A DNA stretch of 63,566 nucleotides, counting the filler, from Platydemus manokwari (Eukaryota), in the NCBI GenBank assembly GCA_037951405.1. It is 6 parts of 6 records of this genome, joined end to end, with 100 filler letters (N's around TTAATTAATTAA, not from the genome) between each part and the next. Parts side by side here need not be neighbours in the genome. Positions count along the whole stretch, not along the records: positions 44,295 to 53,947 come from JBBMOY011221987.1; positions 54,048 to 63,566 come from JBBMOY011237875.1; 4 more parts are not named here. One strand, 5' to 3'. Position 1 is the stretch's first letter. Each line of letters opens with the position of its first letter. The notes below the pieces were generated by a model that was not told the DNA's origin, did not search any database, and was given only the letters and a program-made list of their open reading frames with translations. A program made the position numbers and the translations under genes. Of this stretch, positions 52,372-63,566 are shown in pieces.

Positions 52372-53053
52372 TGTAAGCCGCTACTATTTTACAAAAAACG
52401 CATTGAAAACGAACTGAAAAAACTCGACATTCAATTCTTTTCAAAGACAATTATTTAAACAAAATACATAAAATTTAATATCAAATAAAATTTAACATCA
52501 AATAAAACTAATATCAAACTAAATTCATTATAAATTCAAATTCAATTTGATATTCTCACATCCCTCTTTTTAAAATCTTTGATTTTCATTGTATTCTTGA
52601 TTGACATTGTATTGAATATTCGTAATATTCATCTACGAAAAGCTCTCTTATTCTTCTATCTTTTATGGCTTCTATATATTTTCTCTATATCTTATCTATC
52701 TCTTCTCAATATTATCTCTATATCTTCTTTATATCTAATCTACATCTTTTTATATTTTTTACATATTTTCTATATAGTATCACATCTTTCTACTTCTTTT
52801 CCTGAATTTACAGTCATCAGTCTTCTCAGAATCCAGATGCGTGGTCGCCATGTAAGCCGCTACTATTTTATAAAAAACGCATCGAAAACGAACTGAAAAG
52901 ACTCGACATTCAATTCCATTCAAAGACAATTATTTAAACTAAATAAATAAAATTTAATATCAAATAAAATCTAATATAAATTCAAATACAATACAACTTC
53001 AATTCAATATAAATTCAAATTCAATTATTATTATCATTATTATTATTATTTTC
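52372..53053 (-). mobile_element. TRIM-like non-autonomous LTR retrotransposon (family A)
   Basis: Two direct LTR copies (52372-52560 and 52851-~53026), 290-bp non-coding interior, minus-strand PBS TGGCGACCACG (52850-52840), PPT AAAAAGAGGGA (52571-52561), putative TSD AGTTT (52367-52371 / 53054-53058). Confidence 0.85.
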
Positions 53054-53947
53054 AGTTTTATTTCCAATCTTTTCTTCAATGTGATCCTTTTTTCTATATG
53101 CAATAATTTACACGTGCAGAAAATAAGTAACTTTGGGTTGCGTATAAAATATGCTTGCTTTATATACATATTTCTTAATAGAAACCTATTGAAAATTATT
53201 GAGTATATTTTTCAGATGTTTAAACATTTTATCTACTCTTCATGATTAATTTCTGATATGATGATATTGTAATATCCGGTGTCAAGATATTGTATTTCTA
53301 AATTTTTCTAATTTGACCTTAGTTTTCCTTTTAGAAAATGTTGGTATGGAGAAATTTAGTTTATCCATTGTTATATTTCTTACATTTTATTTACTCTTCA
53401 ATAAAACAATTAAATTATTTTTACAAATTATAAACGTTTTTATATGAAGATTAGTTTCAATACTAAACGTTAACCTTTCAGCAATCGTTTAAATTTTATC
53501 ACTACATTTGGATTTATTGTAATTAATGTTCCTCATTGTCTAGAGAAGTTTAGAAAACATTTGATTAGATCAATACATATCTTTTTGCGATTTAACAAGT
53601 TTAAAATGCCCTGATATCTGTGATAATCATTTAATATTCATAAATGTATACAAAATAATGTAATTCACGAAAAGTCATTGATGTTTACAATCTCTCCTTG
53701 ATCTTTACTTAATCATACGAATACAGTTAATTTATTTTCATTAATATGTTTTCAATTAAAGCTATAACAAGCTTATTATTTATTTCGATATAAGTAATTA
53801 ATAGCCTGATAAGAGGAAGCTTAGTAAATCTTTCTTGATATCTTTTGTTTTATCATTTGGTCATAGAAAAATGTAATTATATCGCATATTCATCTCATTA
53901 CAATCAACACGAATTTTTTACTTATTGATAAAATTTTGTTATTTGCA

Positions 53948-54047
53948 NNNNNNNNNNNNNNNNNNNNNNNNNNNNNNNNNNNNNNNNNNNNTTAATTAAT
54001 TAANNNNNNNNNNNNNNNNNNNNNNNNNNNNNNNNNNNNNNNNNNNN
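53948..54047. other. Artificial contig linker
   Basis: 44N-TTAATTAATTAA-44N. Confidence 0.97.
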
Positions 54048-54062
54048 AATTTTAGAAAATTT

Positions 54063-54124
54063 GGTCATACTATTCGGGTAGTCATACTATTCGAGGTAGT
54101 CATACTATTCAGCGATATCCGTTA
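54063..54124. repeat. Three GTCATACTATTC units at 17-18 bp spacing; probable subterminal repeats of a Tc2/pogo-like DNA transposon end
   Basis: Units at 54064, 54081 and 54099, followed by ...ATATCCGTTA, a decayed ...AATACGGTA-type terminus. Confidence 0.5.
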
Positions 54125-57100
54125 ATTATTGATAAAATTAAGATATTAATTTTTATATTGAAATTAAATAACTAATGATAATCAAATTGAGATATTATTT
54201 TTTATAATGAAATTAAATAATTATTGATAATGAAATTGATAAATCAATGATAGATAAGTGAAAATTAAATATTAGCAATATCATCTTTAATACTGAAATA
54301 TTGCAACTAATTTTTTCATTTTCTATAATAAAAGAAACAATTTAAAACTGAGAAAATTAAATCTTTTTATTGTGTTAATTTTGTCGATTGCAAATTATTG
54401 GTCGATAAAATAGTCTGATAAAAATGGTATAAGAATTATGACATTGATTATTTAAGCTGATCTATTTTTGCGAAAAGATTTGTTGAGAAGTAAGTGGTTG
54501 AAACATTTAAAGGATTTAGATAATTAGAAATCGGTTAAAAATCAATATCAAGTAATATCAATAAACACATTTTCAAATTTTATTTGAATATTGATTTTAT
54601 TATTGGTTGAGAAACGAAAATTCTTGGAATTATTAAATATTTAAATTAAATGAGACTTTTTATATGTTTTTATTTAGTTTCGCATACTTCACACTTTAAT
54701 TTATCATATTTATTCAAGTGTAATATGGAAAAATCGCTTATGTTCATAAGGCAAACTAAATAAAATTTAATATTCGTGAAAGCACTCTTCCATCGTAGTA
54801 AAATACAATTGCTGTTCAAATTGTTATTAATAGCTTAACAACCCATTAATTTCTAAGGTGTTTATAAATAATTATATTAAATCACTAAATGTATGTTATG
54901 TATTTAAAAGTATGAATCGAAATTTTTATAAAGCATAACAATTTGAAGAAAAATATAAACCTTTGTGAGAGATGAGTCGAATGCTTTCCTAAGAAGTTAA
55001 CTTTCAGGATAACACTATAACAATAATAATGATATCGCATTAATAATACAACTTGGAGGTTCTCTACAACTTCCTGTCTAATAACTCATTTCCTACCAAA
55101 TAAGAATATTGCATACCTTTTGAATATATTTTTGTTCTCAAGCATTTAGAATATGTTCTTTTACAAAGTGATCCAAGCCTTGATTTCTTCACTGTTTAAT
55201 ATAGTTTCTTGGGATGATCATGGCATTTATAATAATTGCCCAATTATTATCAAGTATGACTGTTGCACATAAAGTTTTCATTGTGTGTTTGTTGACGGTC
55301 TATCGTTACTATTATTTCAGCAAAAAGAATCCGTATAGATCCTTGTATTTCATTTTTTGTTAATGCCCTTGAACACAGGATTAGCGAATTAGGAAATTTT
55401 TGTAGAATATCGATATGGGTAGTCCTTATGTAAATATTGGTATTTTCATCGGCTAATGTGCAATTGCGACCTGATTCTAATGATTTTTTCATTACAGTAT
55501 GTGATTTCCAAAGAGTGATATTTCGGAAATAATAAGATTTCTTTGAGTCCCGATAAGACAAAAGATATTGGAGTCACTGAGATATGAATGTTTATAATTT
55601 CGGTTAGTGGTATGTTGTGTTAGATTATTTAAATTATTGTGCGTCAAGTAATAAATCGATGTAGTTAAAAGTCTTTGTCTTGGAAATTCAACATTGTTAG
55701 GTAGTCGAATTGATTTTTAAGAGTTGTATTTAGATCAAAAGGAGATTTAAAACGATAGGCCCATAAAGGCATTGTATTTCGCGGCTAAATGCTAGTCTTT
55801 CTTGGTCGCTAACTTTTGTGTGATTTTTCTGACAGCCAGTCTTCTTTGTTGGTTTCTGTTCTGTATTCAATTTTCTGGTACAGCTAGAGCGTAGGGCGAT
55901 TAATTATTTATTGTTGTACCACCGTTCTTGATTACGAGCTGAGTCTGTAATTCCTTGTAATTAAAATTTTCAACCTTCAGTGTTAGTTAATAATCTAACA
56001 GATAGATTAAATCAACTCTTGCTGACTGATTATTTTTATTATAAACTGTTCTATTATTGATATTTAGCGATCTTGAATGTAATTTGTAATTAATTTGACT
56101 TTATTTAAAATGCTATTCAATACTGAGTCGGCACAATTATAATTTATAAATTTTATTTATAAACTAATGAAAATAAGACGAATACTTTACAAAAAATAAA
56201 TCAAAATAATAAAATTGTAATCAATACTCGACTCACTATGGAAGTAGGTGGTCGAAAAACTGGCTCCAAACGAGGAATTGATGATAAAAAAAAATTAAGA
56301 TGAATGAAATTATAAGTTTACAAAATTAAAGTTATTAATTATCATTCAAATTTTAATCTTATCAAAATTATAAAAACTCATCAAGCAAAAAATGGCAATG
56401 AATTTCAAATGAATATAATCGATTACCTAGATGAATACAAGAAACGAGAGACATGAACATGCTTCTTTTGTTTAGGATCTGAGAAACAGGAAAATTCCGG
56501 AATACTTTTTAATTAACCCCTTTTATGCGTTGTATCATCATCCGCATGACCCACACTCTAACGTGATTTCGAGTAGCAGAAGTTACAGAGCGCAAGACAA
56601 TCACTAACTTAATAATAGATTCGCTATATGAAAGATGGTATGCATTGGCCAGTTAAAGCAAAAGCTATTTAAATTCAAATTATACCAAACTGAGACGAAA
56701 GCTACAAGAAATACTACCAGAAATAACCGCTAAACTTCAGGAGATGCATTTGAAGTATTGAAAAAACTGAGTCACAGGTTTTGATAACTAAAAAATGCAA
56801 TTTAATTCAATTTACAACAAATCGACACCTCAAAAATAATAAAATGTACATACGATATTAATACAATGATACTTTAAAATCCCTGCCTTAGACTCTCAAT
56901 ATTCTATATATCTTAGCACATTTTCGTGTTCTTTGTGTTTAGTTATAATAAAAAGGTTTACCAAATCATGAAAGGTGATATAATATATAATAGCATATGA
57001 TAACAATACTAAATATTTGTAGGCTAAGACATAGTGACATATAACTAGAATATGATAATAATCAAGTATAATAAATGATAGACTGCAATAAAGAAAAAAT

Positions 57101-60100
57101 TTAGTTTATAATTATCATACTAAATATAATTATTAATTATCCTTCAATGGTGAGTAATCACGAAAATAATAACTGACAAAATAATTCACATTAAAATTTC
57201 TATTCGAAATAATAAATAATACCCAGATATATCGAAGAAAGACAATCAATCATATTTAGTTGGCTGAATAAAGTTCATTCAAATAATAAAAATGCGTGTA
57301 ATTAAATTAATTATCGTTATTCACTACTGATTTCATAATAATTATAAAAGATAATTTACGAAATATGGTAAAATAAAACAAAAAACCCCATACCTTGATT
57401 CGGAAGTATCTCACAACAAAGTTAATTCGAGAGATGAGGGTTTCATACATAAGAAAAAGCAGATTTGATGTTATCAGACATACATTTATATTGTCAATAA
57501 TTCAATCATTTGAATAAAAATACTAAACATAACCCTAACAAATAGGAGACTAAAAAGTATAAAATATTCGTTAAAATTAATCTGAAAAATTAACTAAACA
57601 TTTAGTCATTTTAGATATAAAATTCAACAACGTTACAGAACATAAATGTATGAAAAACAATAATAATTAATTAGATAATCAAAATAAATCAATCAACAAT
57701 TAAAAGTAAATACAAGTTAATACATAAATAAATAAAATCAAGAAATCGTTTACAATTAATATAGAAACTATTTGTCAAAAATAAATTTATTACAATTTAA
57801 GCATCATTTTTAGTGAAACCATTTAGACAAAATAAAAAGAACACTGTTTATTTTTGAATGTTGTTTTCCGAACTTTTATTTATATTAGAACTCGAAATTT
57901 TTATTCTCCAAATTTTCCAATCCAGACTTTGAAATATATTCCCATGAGAACAGAAAATAACATTTCCCGTTATAACTTAATCATAATATAAGAACAAAAT
58001 TGTTAATCTTATTGAGAAAATGAATAAAATTCAACACATTATTTACAAAGATTATAAATGGATTTAATTTAAATAGCATATAATCACATTCATTTAGTAT
58101 ATTCATGATATAATGTTCAATTTAAAATATTGCATGAATTAAGCTGTTTGACTTAATGAAATAAGTAACACGATAGCTTCCAACGTAATCAAGGTGTCCA
58201 ATATTCCACAAAATTGATGTTTAGAAATTACAAGTTTCGACGCAGAAAATGATAATCTTTGAAAATAATATATAAAATACTAATATCGATATCATTCATA
58301 TTAATTAAAGTTAACAGCATTAAAAATTATAAACAATGGGAATATTTAAACAAGTTAAATTAAATTTTAACCTAAGTAATTTATAAATGATAAAGAAGTT
58401 ATTTCATTTTTCAATCATCATGAATTATTTATATCATAATAAATTTTAAAAAATCTCAATTAAGCAAATAAATAGAATAATTAGGTTAAGAATTTGCATA
58501 AATAATTAAGTCATTTCTGTACAAGTTATCGTTTGAAGTTAATCAGAGCCAATTTTGTGTTCAACGGAATACCTATCAATCTAAGAAAACATTTTGCGAT
58601 CTCCGTTTGGAATTAAGCTGACTTAACTCTTGCAGTAGATAGGATATTCGTGAATAGCTCAGAGCAACCTCAGTTCCTCTGCGCCCCGACATTTAACTTC
58701 AAATTTATACAATTGCCAGTAATTCGGTCTTCACCCCAGCTACCGAAGCTCCCAGGAACCAGTAATATTTAAAATCAATCGCCAACTTCAACATTTTGTC
58801 TAATATAACTATTTCCATCAGTTTATAAAGTAGCTGGAGGATATAGAGGCAATGACATTCAAAAAGTACTGAAATTCTAAAAATAAAACTATTTATGCAA
58901 AAAAATGTGATCATTGTTACAGTAGTTTCCTTTGGGAAAATAGTACAATTGTAAGGGGTTAAAGTACAATAAAATATTAACTCACAGTAACTGATTCTAT
59001 GTTTCATATCGTTAGTGTTCATAAATGTTACAAAGAGTTTGTTAAAGTACCAGAACGAGTTTTTAAATCGCTATTTTTCGATAGTGTCGAGGCATAGTCT
59101 TTGTTTAAACCTTATTAATAACAATTTTTAAAGTGTTTATAAGAAATTAGTGATATAAATATATTTTTAACCGAGGAGTTTGTTGTCTTTAATGATATGA
59201 ATCTGATAAGTAGATAGGAATAAGATACAGAAGTAGACACCTTTAAGTTTGACTTATTCTAAAATTAAATCTCAGGCACACGCATACATATAGTAGAGTA
59301 TGTGACAGATCGACTAAAATAAATCTCCAAAGATAGTCGTGAAGCTATTTTAAAAGAAATACACATGCTAGTAAGACATATCGGTGTTAGCGGACGACCA
59401 AAAATATAGAAATCAGGAAAATTTATTAATTTGCTAAATACATTTGTCGTTACACAAAACTATGATTTATGAATCTAGGGCGCAATAGCAATTAATTGTA
59501 ATTTGAAATAACTTAGCAAAATTTTCATTCACCACATTCGAAACATCAAGAGCTGATATCAAGATAATCTATCTAATCAAACATTGAGCGTAGAAACAAA
59601 TATAGATTTAAGTAACGCTTTTGTTTTTGAAAAAAATTTTCATGAAAAATTATTTTAAATATTAGTATTACATTAAATATTTTTCTCTGATTTTTAGGAT
59701 TAAATAAAAAAAATGAAAATAAAATGTTACTGCATTATTTGTTTAATAAGTGCTCATCAAAGATAGCATTTATTAAATGATTTTGGAAAATATTCTGATT
59801 GGTTAAAAATTTCATTGATAACATCGTTACAGGGTATTTTTTATTATAAAAGTAACACCGGTAAGTAGTTATGTACTCATTGATACTCTTGATATTTTTT
59901 TTAGAATTTTTGTCGATTATATTAATGATTTGTGAATGGTCATTTACACAAAAGTATCGATTGAGTTTTGGAAGTTTATTAATTTAAATCATTGAGTGTC
60001 AAATGAATTTATTTGACATCATTTCAAGAATATATATATTTCAAGGATATTGATTTTTTTACTTTCCACATTTCCCAATTTCCATGGAATAAAAATGAAT

Positions 60101-60180
60101 GAAAATAATAAAATTCATATTAACATTCCTAGTCCAAAGAAATTTATCTATAATAAGATATTTCTTATTTATAAAGATTT

Positions 60181-60181
<1 letters not shown>

Positions 60182-60223
<42 letters not shown>
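60182..60223. repeat. (TAA)n microsatellite
   Basis: Perfect TAA run. Confidence 0.95.
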
Positions 60224-60224
<1 letters not shown>

Positions 60225-61528
60225 CAGTTCGTATTTCTTCGAGTTTTTAAACATACAAAAATACGTGTTTAATTGGTTCTACTTACAAGCTCGACGATGC
60301 TCAATTTATTTCAATTTATTCCATATATAATTTATGTCCCTGTTAATTTAAGCTTGTGTAGAAATCAAAATTTGAATAAAATCCAGAAAAATCATCTTTA
60401 GGTACAATCTTGAAAGTCATTGCAAAATCCACCATAACCTATATATGTAATTTGTATCCTTATGTACTTGGTAACGTTTTCTCAAAAATCCGATTTATTA
60501 GTAGATTTTAGAATATGATTTATTTTAAATTTAATCATTTTGTTTTAAAATTACACACACACAATTGAATGATTAAATTAATCGTAATTAAAAACTACTG
60601 GTATAATTAATTATATCACGATATAATTATATCAACATCTCATTGAAATCTTCAAAGCCATAGTCATCATCTTAATGGTTTCGGAATCATGAAAAATAGA
60701 CTTATTGCTCAGTGTGAACCGGACAAGATGATTGGGCAACAGATTGAGGTTTACATACGTCAGACTAAACACACACATGCACATAGTACTGTAATCAATT
60801 ATGTCCATGCATATTAAATGTAAAATTCAAGGGCTTATCAAATCATACAAATATTTTTTAGGAAATTAGTGTTGCCTGTGACACAAGTGTAACTTTTCAT
60901 GTAGACATCTTCACTTGTTGTAAAGTTACTCGAGTCATTATCAAAACAAAGTGTTATTTTAGATATTTACAATGTTTGATTTGGTTGAAAGAAAAAGATG
61001 TATTAAATTTTGTTCAGAGAAACATGAAGATGGTGTAGACAAAATCAAAAATTTGGTGCTGAAAAATTCACAATTCACCATTAGCAAATTTGGTGATGTA
61101 AATATTTCATTTAGATCACTCTAATAGAATTTTAATAATATATTTTGTATCTAATAAAATTTAAGCCTCATTTGTTACCAAAATCAATGATTTCTGACTA
61201 CCGGGACGTCATGAAACCCATCACTACTCGAGGTGAGACTCGGATATTTGCATCTGGAGAATAAATATGTGCTTGTTATTTTTGTATATCATAGAATTTA
61301 AATGCGCCAAGATTATAAAATCATAAAGCTTATCAGGTAGCAGAAATCTAGAAATGACATTCATCTTATCAAATAAAATGTAAACTGATCTGAAGTCCAA
61401 TATTGAAGATAAAAATATTTACGTTAAGTGTACATGTTTAAGTCATTTCATGAAGGTGAGCGATGACATTTGTTAATCAAAAGTACTTCAACTTTCGAAT
61501 AACGAGATTCATTGATTTATATCGAATA

Positions 61529-61617
61529 GGTAACGCACTACTACTTAATGAAGTATATATTGAAAACGAACTGAAATGTCCCCACACAAAAATGATATTT
61601 TCATTACAATTGCTTGA

Positions 61618-61664
<47 letters not shown>

Positions 61665-61707
61665 ATGGAATAATAAAATAATAAAAATTCATTTTAAAAT
61701 CTTCACA
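61529..61707 (-). mobile_element. Diverged solo LTR of family A containing a (CA)n(TA)n microsatellite
   Basis: GGTAACGCACTACTAC...ATTGAAAACGAACTGAAA...CTTCACA; flanks GAATA/GACTA. Confidence 0.55.
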
Positions 61708-61941
61708 GACTAAATTTCAATGTGTTGTATGAAATCTGTGAAACTAATTACGTCAAATTTCTATTTAAACCTTTATTATTCACAAAGCAACTTAAAATAT
61801 CAACATATTCTTTTGTCTGGCACAGGATAGATTTTAATAAGTCTATACTCGTCTATTAAATTGCACTTTGATTTCATTAAGAAGTTCTTTTCTTTGAATA
61901 TCTCACAAGGACACTCTCATTTATTTGAATTCATTTTAGAT

Positions 61942-62913
61942 CTATTTCAAGTCTTTGTAAAACTTCACAAATACACTGGAAACACACAGTGGCTTTAAAA
62001 ATTCAATAGCAAACTTGCGAAACTTTTTAAAGATTATTAAATAAACCATTGGATTGATTATCGATAAAACACTGGTAAAAAATTCATCATAGTAGAGGTA
62101 AAATTGCGATATCTTCATTTCAAAATAATTTAAGAGATACATCACAAAGATTGAAGAATCTATGAGAAGGAAAAAAGCGTATATAGAATTTGATGTAAAA
62201 TTTGCAATGGTGAATCTTGTCATCAGCTTCTTTCGTTTGTTGTTGATCTCTTTATTATTTATCAAAGCTTTGCTTTTTGAACTAAGATAAAGAAAATAAG
62301 CTGATATGGCATTGAGAATTAAAACCACAATTAGTGGGCCACACGAATAGGTTGTGGGGTACATGATAGCGTAAAGAATAGATTTATCAGCCATGCAAGA
62401 GTATTGATTTATACTTGTCATATTCGTTGAATTTATAAGCGTAACTTGTATGTCTATTGCCATTGTTGAAATAAAAATACAAGGACAAACGACTCCAGTT
62501 ATTATGTAGAAATAAACTTCATACTTTTTCCTTCTTCTGTAATACAATGGGAATACAATGCAAATAAATCGATCTATGGTTAAAGATATCATTAAATAAA
62601 TACTAATATTTAATGCCGTCCAATATAATTGTTGCTCCGAGATCACATAACAATAGAATTTGACATATAGCAAACTTTCTGATCGAAACGGCATTTTCTC
62701 TTGAAATACAACGAAAAACTGTAAAACCAGTGCTAAAAGATCAAATATTGTCTCAGTTTTAATGAGAATAGTAGCGGTTCTTGATGCAATTTTGTGTTTC
62801 GATACGAATATTAACAGCATGGAAGTTAAGAAAACGAAAAATACGATTAATATATATCGAATAACTAGAAAATGAAGAGAGTCACCCAAATCTGAATCTA
62901 TTAGAAAAGCCAT
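61942..62913 (-). CDS. Class A (rhodopsin-like) GPCR, intronless, 323 aa
   Basis: Seven hydrophobic segments; TM2 Asp (IFDLL), TM3 Cys (FYC), TIDRFICIVFPLYY (DRY-like), TM5 Pro, TM7 NPMVY, helix-8 FRK. Confidence 0.92.
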   Translation of the reverse strand: MAFLIDSDLGDSLHFLVIRYILIVFFVFLTSMLLIFVSKHKIASRTATILIKTETIFDLLALVLQFFVVFQEKMPFRSESLLYVKFYCYVISEQQLYWTALNISIYLMISLTIDRFICIVFPLYYRRRKKYEVYFYIITGVVCPCIFISTMAIDIQVTLINSTNMTSINQYSCMADKSILYAIMYPTTYSCGPLIVVLILNAISAYFLYLSSKSKALINNKEINNKRKKLMTRFTIANFTSNSIYAFFLLIDSSIFVMYLLNYFEMKISQFYLYYDEFFTSVLSIINPMVYLIIFKKFRKFAIEFLKPLCVSSVFVKFYKDLK

Positions 62914-63304
62914 TGATTTCTACAAAAATCACCGTTTTTCATCAATAAATTATTTATTTTGGGATGATTTTTTCAATAACCAATGATATTTTAAATACAA
63001 AAATCTGTTTCCCCAGTGAGTAGAAATTTAAATTTTGATTAAAAATATGTAAAAATTTGATATTTGTTTAAATCTTTTATGTCTGACGATAAATTAAGTG
63101 AAAAAAATCTCATACTTCGAAATGATAATTTTTCAATGAAAAAAATTTAATACTATCTTTAATACTTAATGCATAATTTTATCTTGGGGTTTCTGTATTT
63201 TCTTTTAAGTTACCACTTTAAATAAACACATAAAATATTAATAATTAATTCTCGTGCATTTATTTTAAAATTTTATTTTAATTAATTTATACATTTAGAT
63301 CTTC

Positions 63305-63520
63305 TTTTGGCTAAAGTTTAAAAAATGGTCCTAAAATGAAATTTTAAATTTTTTGAGTGTATTGCAAAATTCTATACAGTGTATTTAATTATACTCTTTA
63401 AAAACATTATGAATTTTTTATTTAAGTACTTTCTAAATTTTAGTTGTTTAAAATCAAATATTGAATAGACTGGAGCTTCAAAATCTCCTTGTGAGGATTT
63501 ATTAAAATAATTAAAAATAT
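63305..63520 (+). mobile_element. Second copy of MITE family B
   Basis: TTTGGCTAAAGTTTAAAAAATGGTCCTAAAATG...GAGTGTATTGCAAAATT...AGACTGGAGCTTCAAAATCTCC aligns with 27218-27440. Confidence 0.75.
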
Positions 63521-63566
63521 TTTTATAATGTTATTAAAAAAAATGTTATAATTAAAATTTTAATAT

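Noticed and set aside
52579-52896. 105-aa hydrophobic ORF
   Set aside because: Antisense reading of the TRIM's purine-rich interior; TTG start; runs into the LTR.
54063-54124. CRISPR-like direct repeats
   Set aside because: Spacers are only 5-6 bp and near-identical; eukaryotic context; no cas genes.

Overview
Very AT-rich animal (metazoan) genomic DNA with short GT-AG introns (47-60 bp) and many (TAA)n microsatellites. The style fits a triclad flatworm, but that is inference only. The window is not contiguous: five artificial 100-bp linkers (44N-TTAATTAATTAA-44N) join six unrelated ~10-kb pieces (1-10536, 10637-24247, 24348-34574, 34675-44194, 44295-53947, 54048-63566). Host genes: a partial Serrate/Jagged-type Notch ligand, the last exon of a nicotinic acetylcholine receptor subunit, a complete NOSIP, an intronless class-A GPCR and a 117-aa orphan secreted protein. 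Most of the rest is decayed transposons: three Ty3/Gypsy remnants, a TRIM-like mini LTR element with several solo LTRs, an RLE-type LINE fragment, several MITEs and a Polinton/Maverick-like PLA2 gene paired head-to-head with a RING gene. The most unusual signal is accessory cargo in two related Gypsy elements. One has an env-like TM remnant followed by two REX4/ISG20-like DEDDh exonuclease domains 3' of integrase. The other has two ubiquitin-like domains in frame with an env-like signal peptide/AYD(C) N-terminus between gag and the RT thumb. These domains are broken by stops, so they appear only as fragments in the ORF track or are missing from it. All domain calls are by-eye motif recognition, not database searches.
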